Notes: generated from the sequence alone by a model not told the origin. 64,000 bases of DNA from the human T2T-CHM13v2.0 reference genome, Homo sapiens (GCF_009914755.1 NC_060930.1); one strand, 5' to 3'; positions 1 through 14,719 are shown, counted from the first letter of the stretch. A program made the numbers and translations.

Positions 1-689
1 ACTAAATTCACAGGCATTATGCTCTTAAGTTCATACTTTTAAAACAGAAGTTTTGATATAAATGTTATTTTATTATCTACTTGAGTTGAACATGTAAATA
101 TAGAGTTTTCTATCATTTTGGAATAACGTTTTGCATTTCTCTGGAATCTACTTAGCTGCAAATTTACAATAAGATTTTTATAATGCTACTTTTTTTTACA
201 GTTTGTATTTCCACTTTGAATCATTGTTTTCTTTTCATCTTGAGTGATGCCATTCAGTTACTTGATTCGACGTGGGTATTGACTCTCCTAAATTTCAGAA
301 ATGTAAGTTAATTTATCTAAACTTTTGTCCAATTTTATCCTTTGAAAACTCTGGCTAAATTCTCATCTTCTAGAGAACATAGAATTTTAACATTTTTATG
401 TTTGTGAAATATACACAAAAATGAAAGTAGGAATCTTAATAATTCAGTTTCTCTTCTCTGTGGCCACTGGATTACTTGTAAGACCCTGGAGACAATGAGA
501 GGTGAGATAATAGTAATTCATTTAGCTCTAGTATAAAGATAGTGATAGAAGGGAAAAGTTTGTTTCCTCTATTCCTTCGGAAAACGCACAGAACTATTTC
601 ATTGTGATTAATTGTGGTGAGGCACAAATGTGAAAGCCAAACAATCTGGTCCTAATTTTTCTTTAAAGCAATACATCTGTCTACACACA

Positions 690-2510
690 TAGAAAAACAA
701 ATAATAAATGAATTCAGCAAATTTGTAGGATACAAACTAAATCCTATTTCAAACATACTAAAAATAGTCTAACCAAAGTGTAGGACTTGTACACTAAAAA
801 CAACAAAACAGTAGTTGAAATATTACTGAAAAAAAATGAAGAAATCTAAATAAATGAAAAGATATCCCATGTTCATGGAACAGAAAATTTAATAAGATTT
901 GAGCAGTACACCTGAAATTATTTGACAGATTTAACACAAAATTCCAACTGCCTATTTTGCAGAAATGAGCAACCAGATCTTAAAATGCATCTGGAAATTC
1001 AAGGGTCCCGGAGTAGCCAAAATCATCTTGAAAAAGAAGAACAAAGTTGCAGGGCATATATCTCCCAATTTCAAAACTTAATACAAAGTTACAGCAATCA
1101 AGATAGTGTGATACTGGCATAAAGATAGACAAATGGACCAATAGAATAGAATTGAGAGTCCAAAAATCAACCCATACAGTTATGGTTAATTGAGTTTTGA
1201 CAAAGGTGCAAAGATCATTCTGTGGGGAAATAGTGCTTTAACTGCTTCAACTGGATGAGTCAATGCATGGTGCGGGGACAACTGGATATCCATGTGCAAA
1301 CTAATAAATTTGGATCCCTACTTCATATCATACACAAAATTTAACTCAAAATAGTTCAGAGACCTAACTGTAAGAATTAAAACTATAAAACTCTTAGTAG
1401 GAAAATAGCTATAAATCTGCATGATCTTGGATTAGGCAATGGGTTATTTTAGATATGATACCAAAAGCATAAGCAACAAAATTAAAAACAAATAAGTTGA
1501 ACTTCATCAACATATAAAAAGGACACCATCAAGAAAGTAAGAAGACAACCCACAGAATGGGAGAAAATGTTTGCCAATCACACGTATTTGATAAGAGTCC
1601 ACTATCTAGAATATATAAAGGACTCTTGCAACTCAACAATATAAAGAGCACCTGATTAAAATGAAGACAAATGATCTGAATAGATATTTCTCCAAAAAAA
1701 AATACAAGTGGCCATTTAACACATGGAAAGATGCTCAACATCATTAATCATTAGGAAAATGCATACCAAAACCACAATGAGATACCATTTAACACCCAGT
1801 AGAATGGCTATAATTTTCTTAAAAGAATAATAAGAAGTATTGGTGAGAATGTGGATAAATTGAAACTCCTACGTTGCTGGTAGGAGCATAAATGATGCCA
1901 CTGCATGGCAAGAGTCTGGAAGTTTCTTACAAAGTTAAACATAAAATTACCACATGACCAAGCAATTCCACTCACTGGTAAATACCCAAGAGAATTGAAA
2001 AGAAATGTTTCCACAAAATCTTGTACATGAAAGTTCGTAACAGCATTATTTATAGTAGCCCAAAGTTGAAACAACTCACATGTCTATCAATGATGAATGG
2101 ATAAACAAAATGTGATATATACATTTAATAAAAGAAACTATTCAGCCATAAAAACAAATGAGGTATGTTACATGGTGCAACATGAATGAAACTTGAAAAC
2201 ATTACGGTAAGTGAAAGAAACCAGACACAAAAAGCCACATAATGTATTATTCCATTTATGTGAAGTTTCCAGAATACGCAAATACATGTAGAAAGTTGAT
2301 TTGAGGGTTGCCAGAAGATGAGGGAAGAGAGAAATTGTGACTAATTATGCATATATATATATGGAATTTCTTTTTGGAGTAATGGAAATGTTCTGAAATT
2401 AAATTGTGGAGATTATTGTACAACACAGTGAATGCACCAAAAATACTGAATTGTACACTTTAAAAATATAAATTTTCTGTTATGTGAATTATACTTCAAC
2501 AAAAAATAAA
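690..2510 (+). mobile_element. Old L1M (L1MB-like) 3' portion: ORF2 C-terminus and 3' UTR
   Basis: Degenerate ORF2 motifs (e.g. tactggcataaagatagac, gaccaagcaattccactc) and L1MB-type end ttatgtgaattatacttcaacaaaaaataaa. Confidence 0.85.
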
Positions 2511-3119
2511 GTAATACATCTTTATAAGTGTTTGATTATTTTCCTCTATCATTGACAATGCTATTTGATATTATAAGATCCCACAAGTCATAGCCCTCAT
2601 CTATTTAAATCATTTTGATTCTCAATGTAGAGGGAAGAGAGACACAATTAGATTATCTCAGCTACTACAGCTTTATGTGAAACAGAGACAAGAAGGCCTC
2701 ACAAAGACACAGAACCAAAATATTGTTTAAAATACAACAATTGTTGTATTAGATCTGAAAGTGGTTCTGGTGTCTCCACAACTCTAATTATTGTCTTCTG
2801 AGAAACTGGCCACCTTTGATCTCTCCTCTGGTGTTCTGCCTTTGAGTATGACTCAGCTATTTTCTCTTTTGCCTTCTATTACTCTTGCTATGCATAACTT
2901 TGTCTTGAATGTCTCTCAGTCAGATTCCTGCAGAATAAGCATGCAATTGGCTCATCCGACATATCCAGTGAGATTATCCTTGATTGGCAGAATGCTAGTT
3001 CCACACTTCCTACAAGAACACTGGCTACTCTACAGATACTCTCTATATTCTGGGAAAAGATTTCAGGATCATATAATATAAAGTAAGGAGAACTCTATGT
3101 ATTTCTTCCCAACATGGAT

Positions 3120-3455
3120 ATTCTGATGTTTTCATGAGAAAGCATCAGTCAAACCCAAATTGAGAGATATAATGAATAAATCTATGCTTTTTAGAAATGG
3201 CAATACCACAAGAGACAAACCAAGGCTGAGGGACTCATCTTGATGAAGACAAAAAAAGACATGACAACTAAATAAGATTTATGATTCCAAATTGGATCCT
3301 GAGCCAGAAAAAAAAAATGCCATATTGGGCCTACCAGTAAAAATGTAAAAGAACTACAGGTTAGATAATAGTATTGTATTGATGTTAAGTTTCCTAATTT
3401 TGAAGATTGTACAAAAGTCATGTAAGAGTATGCCCTTTTCTATTAGGAAATGCAC
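3120..3455 (+). mobile_element. L1MC/L1ME 3' UTR fragment, interrupted by MLT2A2
   Basis: agacatgacaactaaat...ttggatcctgagccag...gatgttaagtttcctaattttga motif string. Confidence 0.6.
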
Positions 3456-4003
3456 TGTGATGGTTAATATTGAATGTCAACTTCATTGGATTGAAGGATG
3501 CAAAGTATTGTTCCTGGGTGTGTCTGTGAGGGTGTTGCCAAAAGACATTAACATTTGAGTCAGTGGACTGGGAGAGGCAGACCTACCCTCAATCTGGGTG
3601 GGCACCATCTAATGAGCTGCCAGGGCGGCTAGGATAAAAGCAGGCAGAGGAACATGGAAGGACTAAACTGGCTGAGTCTTCCGGCCTTCATCTTTCTCCC
3701 ATTCTGGATGCTTTCTGCCCTCAAACATCGGACTCTAACTTCTTTAGCTTCTGGACTGTTAGACTTACACCAGTCATTTGCCAGGGGCTCGCAGGCCTTT
3801 GGCCACAGACTGAAGGCTACACTGTCGACTTCGCTACTTTTGAGGTTCTGGGGCTCAGACTGGCTTCTTTGCTCCTCAGCTTGCTGACAGCCTATTGTGG
3901 GACTTTACCTTGTGATTGTGTGAGTCAATACTCCTTAATAAACTCCCTTTCATATATATATATATATCCTATTATTACTGTCCCTCTAGAAAACCCTAAT
4001 ACA
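3456..4003 (+). mobile_element. ERVL solo LTR, MLT2A2-like
   Basis: Starts TGTGATGGTTAATATTGAATGTCAAC, ends AAACCCTAATACA, 548 bp. Contains AATAAA, a (TA)n tract and the extra internal segment absent from MLT2A1. Confidence 0.88.
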
Positions 4004-4458
4004 TATGCATTAAAAATGTTTGGTGAACTATTTTCAAATAGTTTCCTAAAATTCATAAAATTTATGTATATATGATATGCATATATGATATGTATTTGTC
4101 ATATTAGGATATATTATATATAGCATATATTTATAAGGTATATTCATAATATGTATGTAGTATTATATTATGGGCACATATATATTTAATATAAATTTAT
4201 CCAATACATACACATAATCACATAAAGAGAAAAATATTAAAAGAGAGAAAATTGTATAGCAAATGCACAAAACATTGCTGGTTAGAGGATCTGGGAAAAG
4301 AGCATTCAGAAGTTTTTTGAACTTCCAACTTTTTTCCAAGTTTAAAATTATTTTAAAAGAAAAAGGAAAAATTTACAAATGGATAATGAGCTATGTACAA
4401 GGAAGCACTAAAAAAGGGGGTCATGGTCATGGCTAAATTATGATCCAGATTAAGTGTA

Positions 4459-5400
4459 CCAGTATACCTTGGAGATATTGTGGATTTGGTTCCAAAGCAG
4501 CACAATAAAGTGACTATCACAACAAAGCAGGTCATGCAAATTTTTTCGTTCCCCGGTGCATATAAAAGTCATATTTATAACACATTTTAGTCTCTTTAGC
4601 AGGCAATAGCTTTGTGTCTAAAAAAAGTACATGCCTTCATTTAAAAATGGTTTATTGCTAAAAATTGGTAACAATCATCTGAGCCCTTAGCCAGTTATAG
4701 TCTTTTTCCCAGTGGAGTTTCTTGCCTTGATGTTGATCTGCTAACAAATAAGGCTGATAGTTATCAAAGGCTCGGATGGCTGTGGCAATTTCTTAAAACA
4801 AGGCGGCAATGAAATTTGCCACATTGCTGGACTTTTCATGAAAGATTTCTCTGTACATGCAATGCTGTTTGATAGCATTTTCCCCACAATACCACTCCCT
4901 TCAAACTTGTAGTCAATCTTCTCAAATTCTGCGACTGTTTTATTAAAGATGTTTATATGATATTTTAAATCATTTGTTGTCATTTCAACAATGTTTATAG
5001 CATCCTCACCAGGAGTAGACTCCATCTCAAAAAACCACTTTCTTTGCTCATCCAGAGAACCAACTCTACATTTGTTCAAGTTTTATCATGAGATTACAAC
5101 AGTTCAGTCATGTTTTCAGGCTCCACTTCTGAATCCAGTTCTCTTGTTATTTTCACCACATCTTCAGTAATTTCCTCCACTGAAGTCTTGAGCTCTTTAA
5201 ATCACCTGTGAGGGTTGTCACCACGTTGTTCCAAAATTCTGTTAATGTTGATATTTTGACCTCCTCCCATGTATCACAAATATTCCTAATGGCATCTAAA
5301 ACAATGAATATTTTGAAGAAGTTTTTCAATTTACTATGCCCAGGTTTATAAGAGTAATCACTCTCAATGGTAATTATAACCTTATGAAATGTATTTCAAA
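4459..5400 (-). mobile_element. Tigger1 DNA transposon, 3' part with transposase remnant
   Basis: TIR-like end cagtataccttggagatattg after TA. ORF 4741-5079 (EQRKWFFEMESTPGEDAINIVEMTT...) is the Tigger1 transposase C-terminus. Confidence 0.9.
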
Positions 5401-5740
5401 TATCTTAGTCACAAAACAATTCTGCTTCATCTACTTGTGGCAGTCTTTCTCAGGTCCAATAAATCACTTGGATACTGCTTGTAAGAAAATGTGGAACGAT
5501 AGTCTTTTCACCAATGATAAATATTTGCTCCAATAATATAAATTTTACACTTTGCTGATTCATTGCTTCTAAAAACACAAAAAGTTTTCAGATTGAAGGC
5601 TGAATCACATTGTACTCTTTTTAAAGACATTTTGGAGGGCAAAATGTCAACCCATGTATCAACAACCATGCACTTGACTCAAATGAAGTGGGAACAATAT
5701 GAAGACCTGTGACCAAGTTGCCATAGTTGTTGACCTGAGA

Positions 5741-5944
5741 TAGGGGTCAGCAAACTTTTTCTGTAAAGAGCCAGATAGTAAGTATTTTAGGTGTTGCAGA
5801 CTATATGACTGCTGTTGCAACTACCCAACTCAGCCTTTTCAGTACGAATGCAACCATATACAAAATGTAAGGGATTGAGCATGGTTGTGTTGCAATAAAG
5901 CTTTATTGCAAAAATAGGTGCAAGCTTTAGTTTTTTGACCCCTG
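5741..5944 (+). mobile_element. MER58A (hAT-Charlie MITE)
   Basis: aggggtcagcaaactttttctgtaaagagccagatagt...ttttttgacccctg termini. Confidence 0.85.
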
Positions 5945-5949
5945 ATTAA

Positions 5950-6455
5950 TGGAATGGGCACATGACCTAAGCTGGCACGGTAAGATTCCTCCCTCAACTG
6001 GAGAAGAAAAGTGTTTAAAATATCAGACTACAACCAAAACTGAGTGCTACTTGCAGCCAACTTTCCAGCCTCATGGGGACAACTTGGCTGAAAAAATGGA
6101 GCTAACATATTGAAAGAAGCAAATACAAGAGACAGAATCATCTCAGTATTCAAGGATGTGAATCATTTTTTTTTCCTGAGGTCAACGCTTCCCCTGACCT
6201 TTCTGTGCTTTGGTTACATTAATCTATATCGTCCCTTTCTTGGGATAAGCTGATTCAACCTCTTTCTATTGTTTATTATCCCTGGCTAAGTAATCTTGGT
6301 AGAGTTACTTTAACTCTCCAGATCTCAGTCTCTTCACTTAAAATATGTGAACAAAAATGAACCTACTTTACCAGATTTATATGGACATTAAATGATATAT
6401 GGGAAAGTGCATAGAGCAGTGTCTGGCAAATAAAAACACTAGGCAAGTATTGATT
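5950..6455 (+). mobile_element. Old MLT1-type LTR fragment (about 5950-6280) followed by MIR (about 6285-6455)
   Basis: gggcacatgacctaag motif, then the MIR core ttactttaactctccagatctcagtctcttcacttaaaat. Confidence 0.55.
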
Positions 6456-9400
6456 ATCATCATCATTATCATCAAACATTATTAATAGTTTGGTTGGTTT
6501 CAAGAATATAACATGTATCTAGAATATTATATTTGCATTAAGAGAGAGGAGAGTTCATTCACACAGGTAAACCTTGGCAAATACAGCTCATTAATTTTTC
6601 TCTTCATAGTAAAGATTATAGTGGCAATGGAGGGAAAGACCTGTCAATAATATGCATTATAAGACTGATATCTTCAGAATTCAGGAATAAATGTGCTAAA
6701 TTAAACAGAAGCATGGCCATAAAAATAAGCATGAAGCCTACGTTTATAACACAAGGGCTTAAGTCAGATTGATTTATTTCTTAACTAAGTTGTTCTTCAG
6801 TAAATTGGAATTTGGCAATATATCTTATTAATCATTAAAATACAACCAGTGCTTCAATAGTTTGAGATGCCAGATAGAAACTACTTGTGAAAATCCAAAC
6901 CATAATTAGAGCAAGTTAAATAATTCATATCTATTTTAAAACATTTAAAACGTCCATTTTGTGATAATCATTTCTTTATTCTCTTTATAGTTTTATTTCT
7001 CACGTATACATTTATAATACGATTTTGTTTGGCTGAGGCTGTCAGCATCCCACCCATAGCCCTTGCTTTTAGCACTTCAATGCACACAGCTCTCAATGCC
7101 TAAGGTCTTTGCCCAGGAGCTTTCACTTGCTGTTAAAGCACATTTTGTTGTGCAACTGGACCAGAAGTGCTGAAAAATACCCATAGAGCACCCTTCAACA
7201 ATGACGGATGGGAATTGGTATAAATGTACTCTGGCTCCATCGTCTCCTCTGCTGGGACAACTGAGGAGTGCTTCACACTGGCTCTCTGAGTTTATCTAGT
7301 GGGGTTAAGCTCCAGTTGTCCACAGTGGTAGTTGGTTATCTTCCTCGCCTTCCTACTAGGGTTGCCTTCATCCCACAAATAAACCATATGCATTTAAATC
7401 CTGATTTCAAAATCTGCTTCTGGGATAATTCAAACTAAAATAATTGATATCATACATTGCTCTATGGAGCAAATCTTCAGGATGGGATTCAGAAATTGAA
7501 TAACTCCCTGGGCATAGAGCAACAAGAATCCCATTCCTAGTAGTATAGTATCAAATCTATAGACTCTCATTTGTGGAAGATTGGGTTCCCATACTTACGT
7601 AGTAGCTGTAGCATGAAAGAGACCCTACCCTCTTTGCCATAGCCAGAGGGAAGGCTGCTGAAAATCAGATGCAAGGTCTAATTGTGGAATTATTTAAATT
7701 TCAAATAATGCTAAATTCACAGCCCCAGCAATTCTCCTATGCCAAATACAGAGTCGTCATAAAGAAGAAATGGGACCCAGAGACCTGAAACAGAAACATC
7801 TGGTCTTCTGTGCTTGAAAATCTTGACCCCTCTGTGCTATGTAAGACCTCCACTCCCCCATGCTAGATAGCCTCTCCTTGCTTGGAGATCATGCAGAAGT
7901 CTCACTTAAGGAAGATCCAATATATAGATAACAAAGACAGAATAATAACCGAGGAACTCTTTCTCACAGATATCTGTGGTGATATCTAATAGCCATGGTG
8001 TTTTTAGAGGCAAGATGGGTAGGCATCCAACAAAGATGTTGCATGACATGTACAACCTATAAGAACAAGAGCAGAGCAGAAGACAGTCATTAGTCACCAT
8101 AATAGAAAATTGTTTTCTTACTCAATTTCCAAACCAGAATCTATTCTGAAAACTAGAGCCCTTCAATTGAAGAGAATGCTAGATCCCCTTCCCCTTAAGG
8201 AAGAATTTTGTAATGCTACAGCCAAGTACTTAAATAGTGATTTCCCCATTCCTTCCCACTTAAGGGATATATGGCCATTTACCCCAGTCATTCTACACAG
8301 AAGAAAGGAGCACATCCATGACTTTTAAAATCTGTCCTTACTTCCACTCACGGCTTGTACAGCAGTTACTAGGGTTATGCCTCAACACAGCCTTACTGGC
8401 GATGAACTGCTCTTCCATGAGAGGAAACGAACTATGTACCAAACATTCTGCATGGCCTGGCTAATATGCATAAGCAGCAACTGAGAGGATATACCTGAAA
8501 TTGAGGGAGTAGAATATAAACTGGATAAGGGTGAACTCATTGTGAAGGGCACTCTCCTGTAACTCAAGATATAGCATCTCAGCAAGGACTTATGGAGCCA
8601 GTCCTAATGCACTATTGGAATGGATCCTTGGGATTTGGGGAAAAAACACAGCATATAGTGAATGAGGCAAGATGTTGAAATTGCCTAATAGGAGTATTTA
8701 GAAAGGGATAAAAAGACAAAGGAATGAACATGCTGTAATGTATTCAGAATATAGGACCAGAGAAGCTACCAGCTGACCCTGTCTCTGGAGAGGGCCCCAA
8801 GAATACTCAACTTAGATTGGCTCCTTGACTCATGGAGTAAAATCATCATAACATAAAAGGTAGTAGAAAACAGTAGAAATCCTTGAAACTGCCTTCACTT
8901 CAGGCAAGACAGTAAATTAGAAACAACCAATCCTGGATGGAATGGCAGAGATTAATATCTCTCTCAAAAGTGTAAAGGATACAGGAACATCATATCTCCC
9001 TCTAATTCACCAATCTGGCCCTTGCAAAAACCATATGGATCATGATGGATGAGAGTAGACTACATCACAGTCTTTCTGGGACTCTGGTAGCTCTCCTGAT
9101 CTCAAGCACAATATAGTCCAAAGGAACCTCAATCCTCTAGACATTTCTCAGAACATCGCCTCCAGCCGCAGTATTTGATGCAATCATTGGAACTGAGGAT
9201 CATGAAGTTGCAATACTCCAAATGCCCTTGTAAGGCAAATGCACCTCAGAGGACTGGATATAATCCCTTCAAAGATTCAAGGGCCTGCAACACTAATGGA
9301 GGATTCAGAGATTTAGTGGTCTGTGGAATGCAGTAAAGGAAGTAAAGGACAAGTTACTGCATGTTGCAATTCTTACAATTAAGAAAGAGGAATTTCATAG

Positions 9401-9846
9401 TTATTTAGTAGATCTCTTTGGGTTGTGGAGAACATATACCACATTTGAGAATATTACCTCAGGCATTTATTGCATCATTTGGCAGATTGCCACTTGGGGT
9501 TGGGCCCAGAACAAGAAAGGCTCCATAGCAGTTTCAGTCTGTGGTATAAATAACAATGCCTTTGGGAACATACACTCCAGCCAATCCTATTACACCAGAG
9601 ATGTTCAAGATAGACAGGGATGCTGTGCAGAGTCTGAAAACCCTGAAGCAGGGCTCTAACGAAAATTGACAATAAATAGTGTATAAATATCTCAACTTCA
9701 TTACCCCTAAAATAAGTTAATCCTGGTGCATGTTTTTCACTGGCTCTCTAGTGTTACCATAATGGGATTAAGTTGCAGACATTCACAGTGGTTAAGTGGT
9801 TTGAAAATGCACTGCTTCCCTTCCTTGTCTATTTCCTCGCCCTTAA

Positions 9847-10164
<318 letters not shown>

Positions 10165-10202
10165 ACTCTTAAGCTATGTTTTGTCCCTCCCAAATAAGCT
10201 AC

Positions 10203-10279
10203 TTAATTAAACCAAATTTGCCCATTTTTGTAAGTTAAAAATGGTTGAAGATCTGAAGTTTCATATGTTTCAACTTAAT
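10203..10279. mobile_element. MADE2 (Hsmar2 mariner MITE)
   Basis: Reverse complement ttaagttgaaacatatgaaac...accatttttaacttacaaaaatgg resembles the about 80-bp palindromic MADE2. Confidence 0.7.
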
Positions 10280-10339
10280 GCTTGAACTTGAATCCTTTAT
10301 TTATGGTTTTGTCTGGAGCTACCAATGCTAAATAATTAG

Positions 10340-10690
10340 TTTCGCCTATTTTTTGAGTTTTGTATAAATGGAAATCATACTTCATGTATTCTTTTGTAAC
10401 TTATGTCTTTTGCTTAATATGATGTTTTTCAAATATCTACATATTGTAGCATGTAGCTATGCTTCAATTATTTTTGCTTATGTATAGCATATTCCACTAT
10501 CTGAAGACCTCATACTTTTTAAATTTTATTGTTAGCAGATAGATGAGTTATTTTCAGTATGGGATTATTACAAACAGTGAAGCTAATAAAATCCTGGTTG
10601 GTACATCCTTATGTATATTTGCACAAGTTTCTCTAGGGTTTATACCTAGGAGTAGAATTGGTAAGCCATAGAGTATGTCCATATACTATC
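10340..10690 (-). mobile_element. Old L1M (L1ME-like) fragment
   Basis: tataaatggaaatcatac...tatacctaggagtagaattg antisense L1 motifs. Confidence 0.7.
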
Positions 10691-10869
10691 TGTTTCTTAA
10701 AGAATATTCAAAACAGGAAAAAATAACCTTTACTGGGAGTGCAATTTAGTGTGTACAGTGGCTTCCTAACCTCTAATTTCTACACAGCATACCTCCAGTG
10801 TGTGAATTGTAATGCTGTTCAGCCCCGGGAAGGAAAGAGGCAGAAGCTTTTGATTCTTCTTAGAGCGTA

Positions 10870-11040
10870 CCCTTCCATATTTGCTTCTTGAAGAGCATAA
10901 TCTCCCTAAGTTTTCTCTTTTTTTCAACAAATAAAGCCAATTCCTTTTGTCATTTCTTCATAGGGGCTATTCCCAATGCCTCTAACCATATTTCAATTGC
11001 TTTCTTTCAGAGTGCCTCCAAATTTTCAAATCTAGGGTCA
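10870..11040 (-). mobile_element. L3/CR1 LINE fragment
   Basis: ccctaagttttctc...aaataaagccaattcctt...tcatagg...tgcctccaaatt resembles antisense CR1/L3 ORF2. Confidence 0.5.
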
Positions 11041-11879
11041 CCATGCAATTTGTTATCCACAACAGGTCAGTTTGGGGAATAGAAAGAAGTGCTAAAATAA
11101 TGAACAGTTTTAACTGATTTACCACAGAGGTAAACTAGATCATCCCAGGCAAACCAAAATGCACTGTCTCCTTATTCATATAACACTAACTGTGTGTGTT
11201 CTCAAATCAAGTAAGGAATGCCTATGGAGGACTGACTTATATTAAATATTAAAGAAGAGTTGTCGGCTGCATTACACATTCCTATTTGTAATCCCAGTCT
11301 CAGGGACTTTCTTATGACTATATTATGCGTAAGTAACAGCACATAAACAGGAAGGGCCAAATATTGGTCTCTTCGTGGCAATGAGGTAATTTTACCTAGG
11401 TTTCAATTGTGTCCTTTAGGGAAATGGTGACTGCGTATTTAATCCTCAACTTAGTAATAAACACAAATCTCAATAGTATTTAGTATTCAAAGGAGATTTT
11501 TCAAAGGTACTAGCTGGTTGCTAAGTAACTATGAGAAAGAAAGTGAAATAGGGAAGATTTTCCCAACTTCTCTTGTATTTACTGATTCAGAAAACAGTTC
11601 TCTTTTACATAGGACTTGTCTGACAATTTGTACTTGGAAAATTGAAAGTGTGACATTTCTACAAGCAGAAATATGCAAAAACTATCTTAGGCACAAAGAA
11701 ATACCACAGGATTAGTATTTGTTTTTACAGAACAGTCTATCAGGCATCTCACTGTTTAAAAAAGTGAAATGTCTGGATTAAAATGCAAAATGTTTGGGGA
11801 AAAGTCTAATTGCCTCAGAAATATTTGGATTTTCTCAAGTAGTTTGTTAATAATAATACTATTGCTAAAAGCCACTAAT

Positions 11880-12085
11880 TACTAAAAAGCTACCTTGTGG
11901 TTGTCACTGAATTTCAAACTTTGGTTACATTATCTAATAAAATCCCCTTAACAATTTTGTAAATTAGAAATTTGCTATTTAAGATAATGAAGCTCGAATG
12001 GTTAAATAAATTACTTCTCAGTTCCAAGTTAATAAATGGCTGAGCTGATACTGGAACTCAAGATCATTTAACTACAAAGGTCTTC
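11880..12085 (-). mobile_element. MIR
   Basis: aatgaagctcgaatggttaaataaattac...aataaatggctgagctgatactggaactc. Confidence 0.6.
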
Positions 12086-12259
12086 TATTTTTTTATAAAA
12101 TATTCTGAGGCTCCAATTTTGTTTGCTGCATCATAAAAGATGCTACAGTTCAAATAACATTAAATTAATCTAGATAGAAAATATACTGCCAAGTCTGGAG
12201 GATACTAGGTTACCAAAACAACAATTCAAAATGATGTCAATAGAGATGTGGGGGCCAGC

Positions 12260-14220
12260 TTTTTAACAAATAAATTTTATTTTGTATATTTGAGGTTTAC
12301 AACATTATGTTATGGGAACTAAAGGAATAATAAAATAGTTACTATAGTGAAGTAGATTAACATATCGATCACCTCATGTAGTTATTTTTATATCCTTTTT
12401 TGTTAAATTTACTTATTTAACAAAATCTCTAATATAATACAATTTTATTAGCTATAATTCTCATGTTGCGCATCTCTAGATGTCTAGACGTGCTCACTCT
12501 ACATATCTGCTACTTTGTATCCTTTGACCTATTTCTCCCTATTTCTTCCTTCTCCCGCACCCCACTGTTCTCTATCTCTGTATACAGTCGAGCATCAGTA
12601 ATGATGTTTTAGTCGACAACGGACTGCTTATACAACAGTGGTCCCATAAGATAATAATGGAGCTGGAAAATTTCCATAGTCTAGTGATGTTGTAGCAGTC
12701 ACAATACATTACTTAAGTGTTTGTGGTGATGCTGGTGTAAACAAACTTACTGTGCTGCCAGTCATGTGAAAGCATAGTACATTCAATGATGTACCACACA
12801 TAATACTTAATAATGATAACAAATGAGTGTTACTGGTTATGTGTTTACTGCATTATATATTTTTATTGCTAGTTTAAAATATATTCCTATGTATTCAAAA
12901 AAAGTTAACTGTAAAACAGCCTCAGCCAGGTCTTTCAGGAGGTGTTCCAGAAGAAGGCATTGGCATCACAGGAGACGACAGCTCCACAAGTATTATTGTC
13001 CCTAAAGGCCTTCCAGTGGGACAAGATGTGGAGGTGGAAGACCGTGATATTCATGATCCTGACCCTGTGTAGGCCTAGGCTAATGGGTGGGTCTGTGTCT
13101 TCATTTTTAACAAAAAAGTTTAAATAGAAAAAAAAGCAACATTTAAAAAATAGAAAAGCTTACAGAGTAAGAATACAAGGAAAAATTTGTTTGTGGAGCT
13201 GTATAATGTGTTTGTGTTTTAAGATGTCATTACAAAAGAGTCAAAAAGTTTTTTTTAATTAAAAATGTATATAGTTAACAAGATACCGTAAACTTAGCTT
13301 ATTATTTTAGAAAGAAAAATTAATAAATTTGGTGTAGCCTAGGTGTACAGTTTTTTAAAGTCTACAATAGTGTACAATAATGTGTTAGTCTTTCACATTC
13401 ACTCACCACTCACTCACAGACTCACCCAGAGCAACCCCGAGTCCTGCAAGCCCCATTCATGGGAAGTGCCCTATAGAGGTATGCCATTTAAAAAAATCTA
13501 TTATGCCATATTTTTACTGTACCTTTTCTATGTTTAGATACACAAATACTTATCATTATATTACAGCATGCTGTACAGGTTGGTAGCCTAGGAGCAATAG
13601 GTTATGCCGTGTAGGTGTGTAGTCTGTAGTAGGCTTTACCATCTCGGTTTATGTAGGTATATTCTGTGCTGTTCACACAACAATGAAATCACCTAACAAT
13701 GCATTTCTTAGAATATATCCCCATTGTTAAGTGATGCGTGGCTGTATTTGACTGTTTTATTTTGGATTCCACTATAAGTGAGATCATGCACTATTTTATT
13801 TCTGTATCTGGCTTGTTTCACTTAGCATAATGTCCGCAAGGTCCATCCACTTTGTAGCAAATGGCAAATTTTTAAGGCTGAATAATATTTAACAGCATAT
13901 GTATCACATTTTCTTTATACAGTTGCCTGTTGATGGATACTAGGTTGTTTCCATATCTTGGCATTGGGAATAATGCTGCACTGAACTTGGGAGTGCAGAT
14001 ATCTTTATGAAGTGCTAATTTCAGCTCCTTTGGATATATACCTAGAAGAGGGATTGCTGGATTGTATGGGAGTCCCATTTTTCATTTCTTTAGGAATCTC
14101 CATACTGTTTTCCATAATGGCTATACCAATCTGCATCCCCACCAACTGTGTACTAGAGTTCCCTTTTCTCCACACCCTTGCCAATGCTTATCATCTTTTG
14201 GATAATAGCAGTCCTAAGCA
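12260..14220 (-). mobile_element. L1MA-type 3' end split by Tigger3b
   Basis: Antisense L1MA 3' UTR at 12260-12584 resumes at 13745. ORF 13872-14078 ([18 protein letters not shown]) is the ORF2 C-terminus. Confidence 0.85.
12585..13744 (+). mobile_element. Tigger3b (MER7/Golem-family) non-autonomous DNA transposon
   Basis: cagtc...gctg termini, TA duplications at 12583-12584 and 13745-13746, about 1.16 kb, internal cagccaggtctttcaggaggtgttccagaagaagg. Confidence 0.88.
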
Positions 14221-14505
14221 TATGACTAAGAAGAGTGGCTATTAGACCCTCTCAGGGGGTGGCGGGGCAGGGAAATGAGAGAAGAAAATTTAATTTTGAA
14301 ATTAAAAACTAGTGACTTACTGACTTATTTAAGTCTAGATTTTAAAGTATTCACTAAGCACCAAATAGGGGCACAGCCAACATATCAAAGCATTGATATT
14401 CACCAAGAATGAAGAAGTTTTAATGATGGCTACCATCTATGATTAGTCCAAACTCTGCCTCTATTTCTTAGATGGTTGCAGAAAAAGCAAAAGAGTCCTC
14501 TAGAT

Positions 14506-14711
14506 CAGAGGTTATCAAACTCTGCCCATGGGCCACCTGCCTGTTTTTATAAATAAAGCTTATTGGGATACAGCCAGGACCACTAGTATTTTGTCTATGG
14601 CAGCTTTCACACTGCAATAGCAGGGTTAAGTAGATACAATAGAAACCAAATGGCTTCCAATCCTAAAGTGTTTTCTACCTTCCTTTCTAAAAAAATGTTT
14701 GCCCACCACTG
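14506..14711 (-). mobile_element. MER58A
   Basis: cagaggttatcaaact...tgtttgcccaccactg, flanked by 8-bp CTCTAGAT. Confidence 0.82.
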
Positions 14712-14719
14712 CTCTAGAT

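Noticed and set aside
3945-4230. TA-rich low-complexity tract as a structured array
   Set aside because: Degenerate (TA)n within and beside the MLT2A2 LTR, with no repeat-spacer periodicity.
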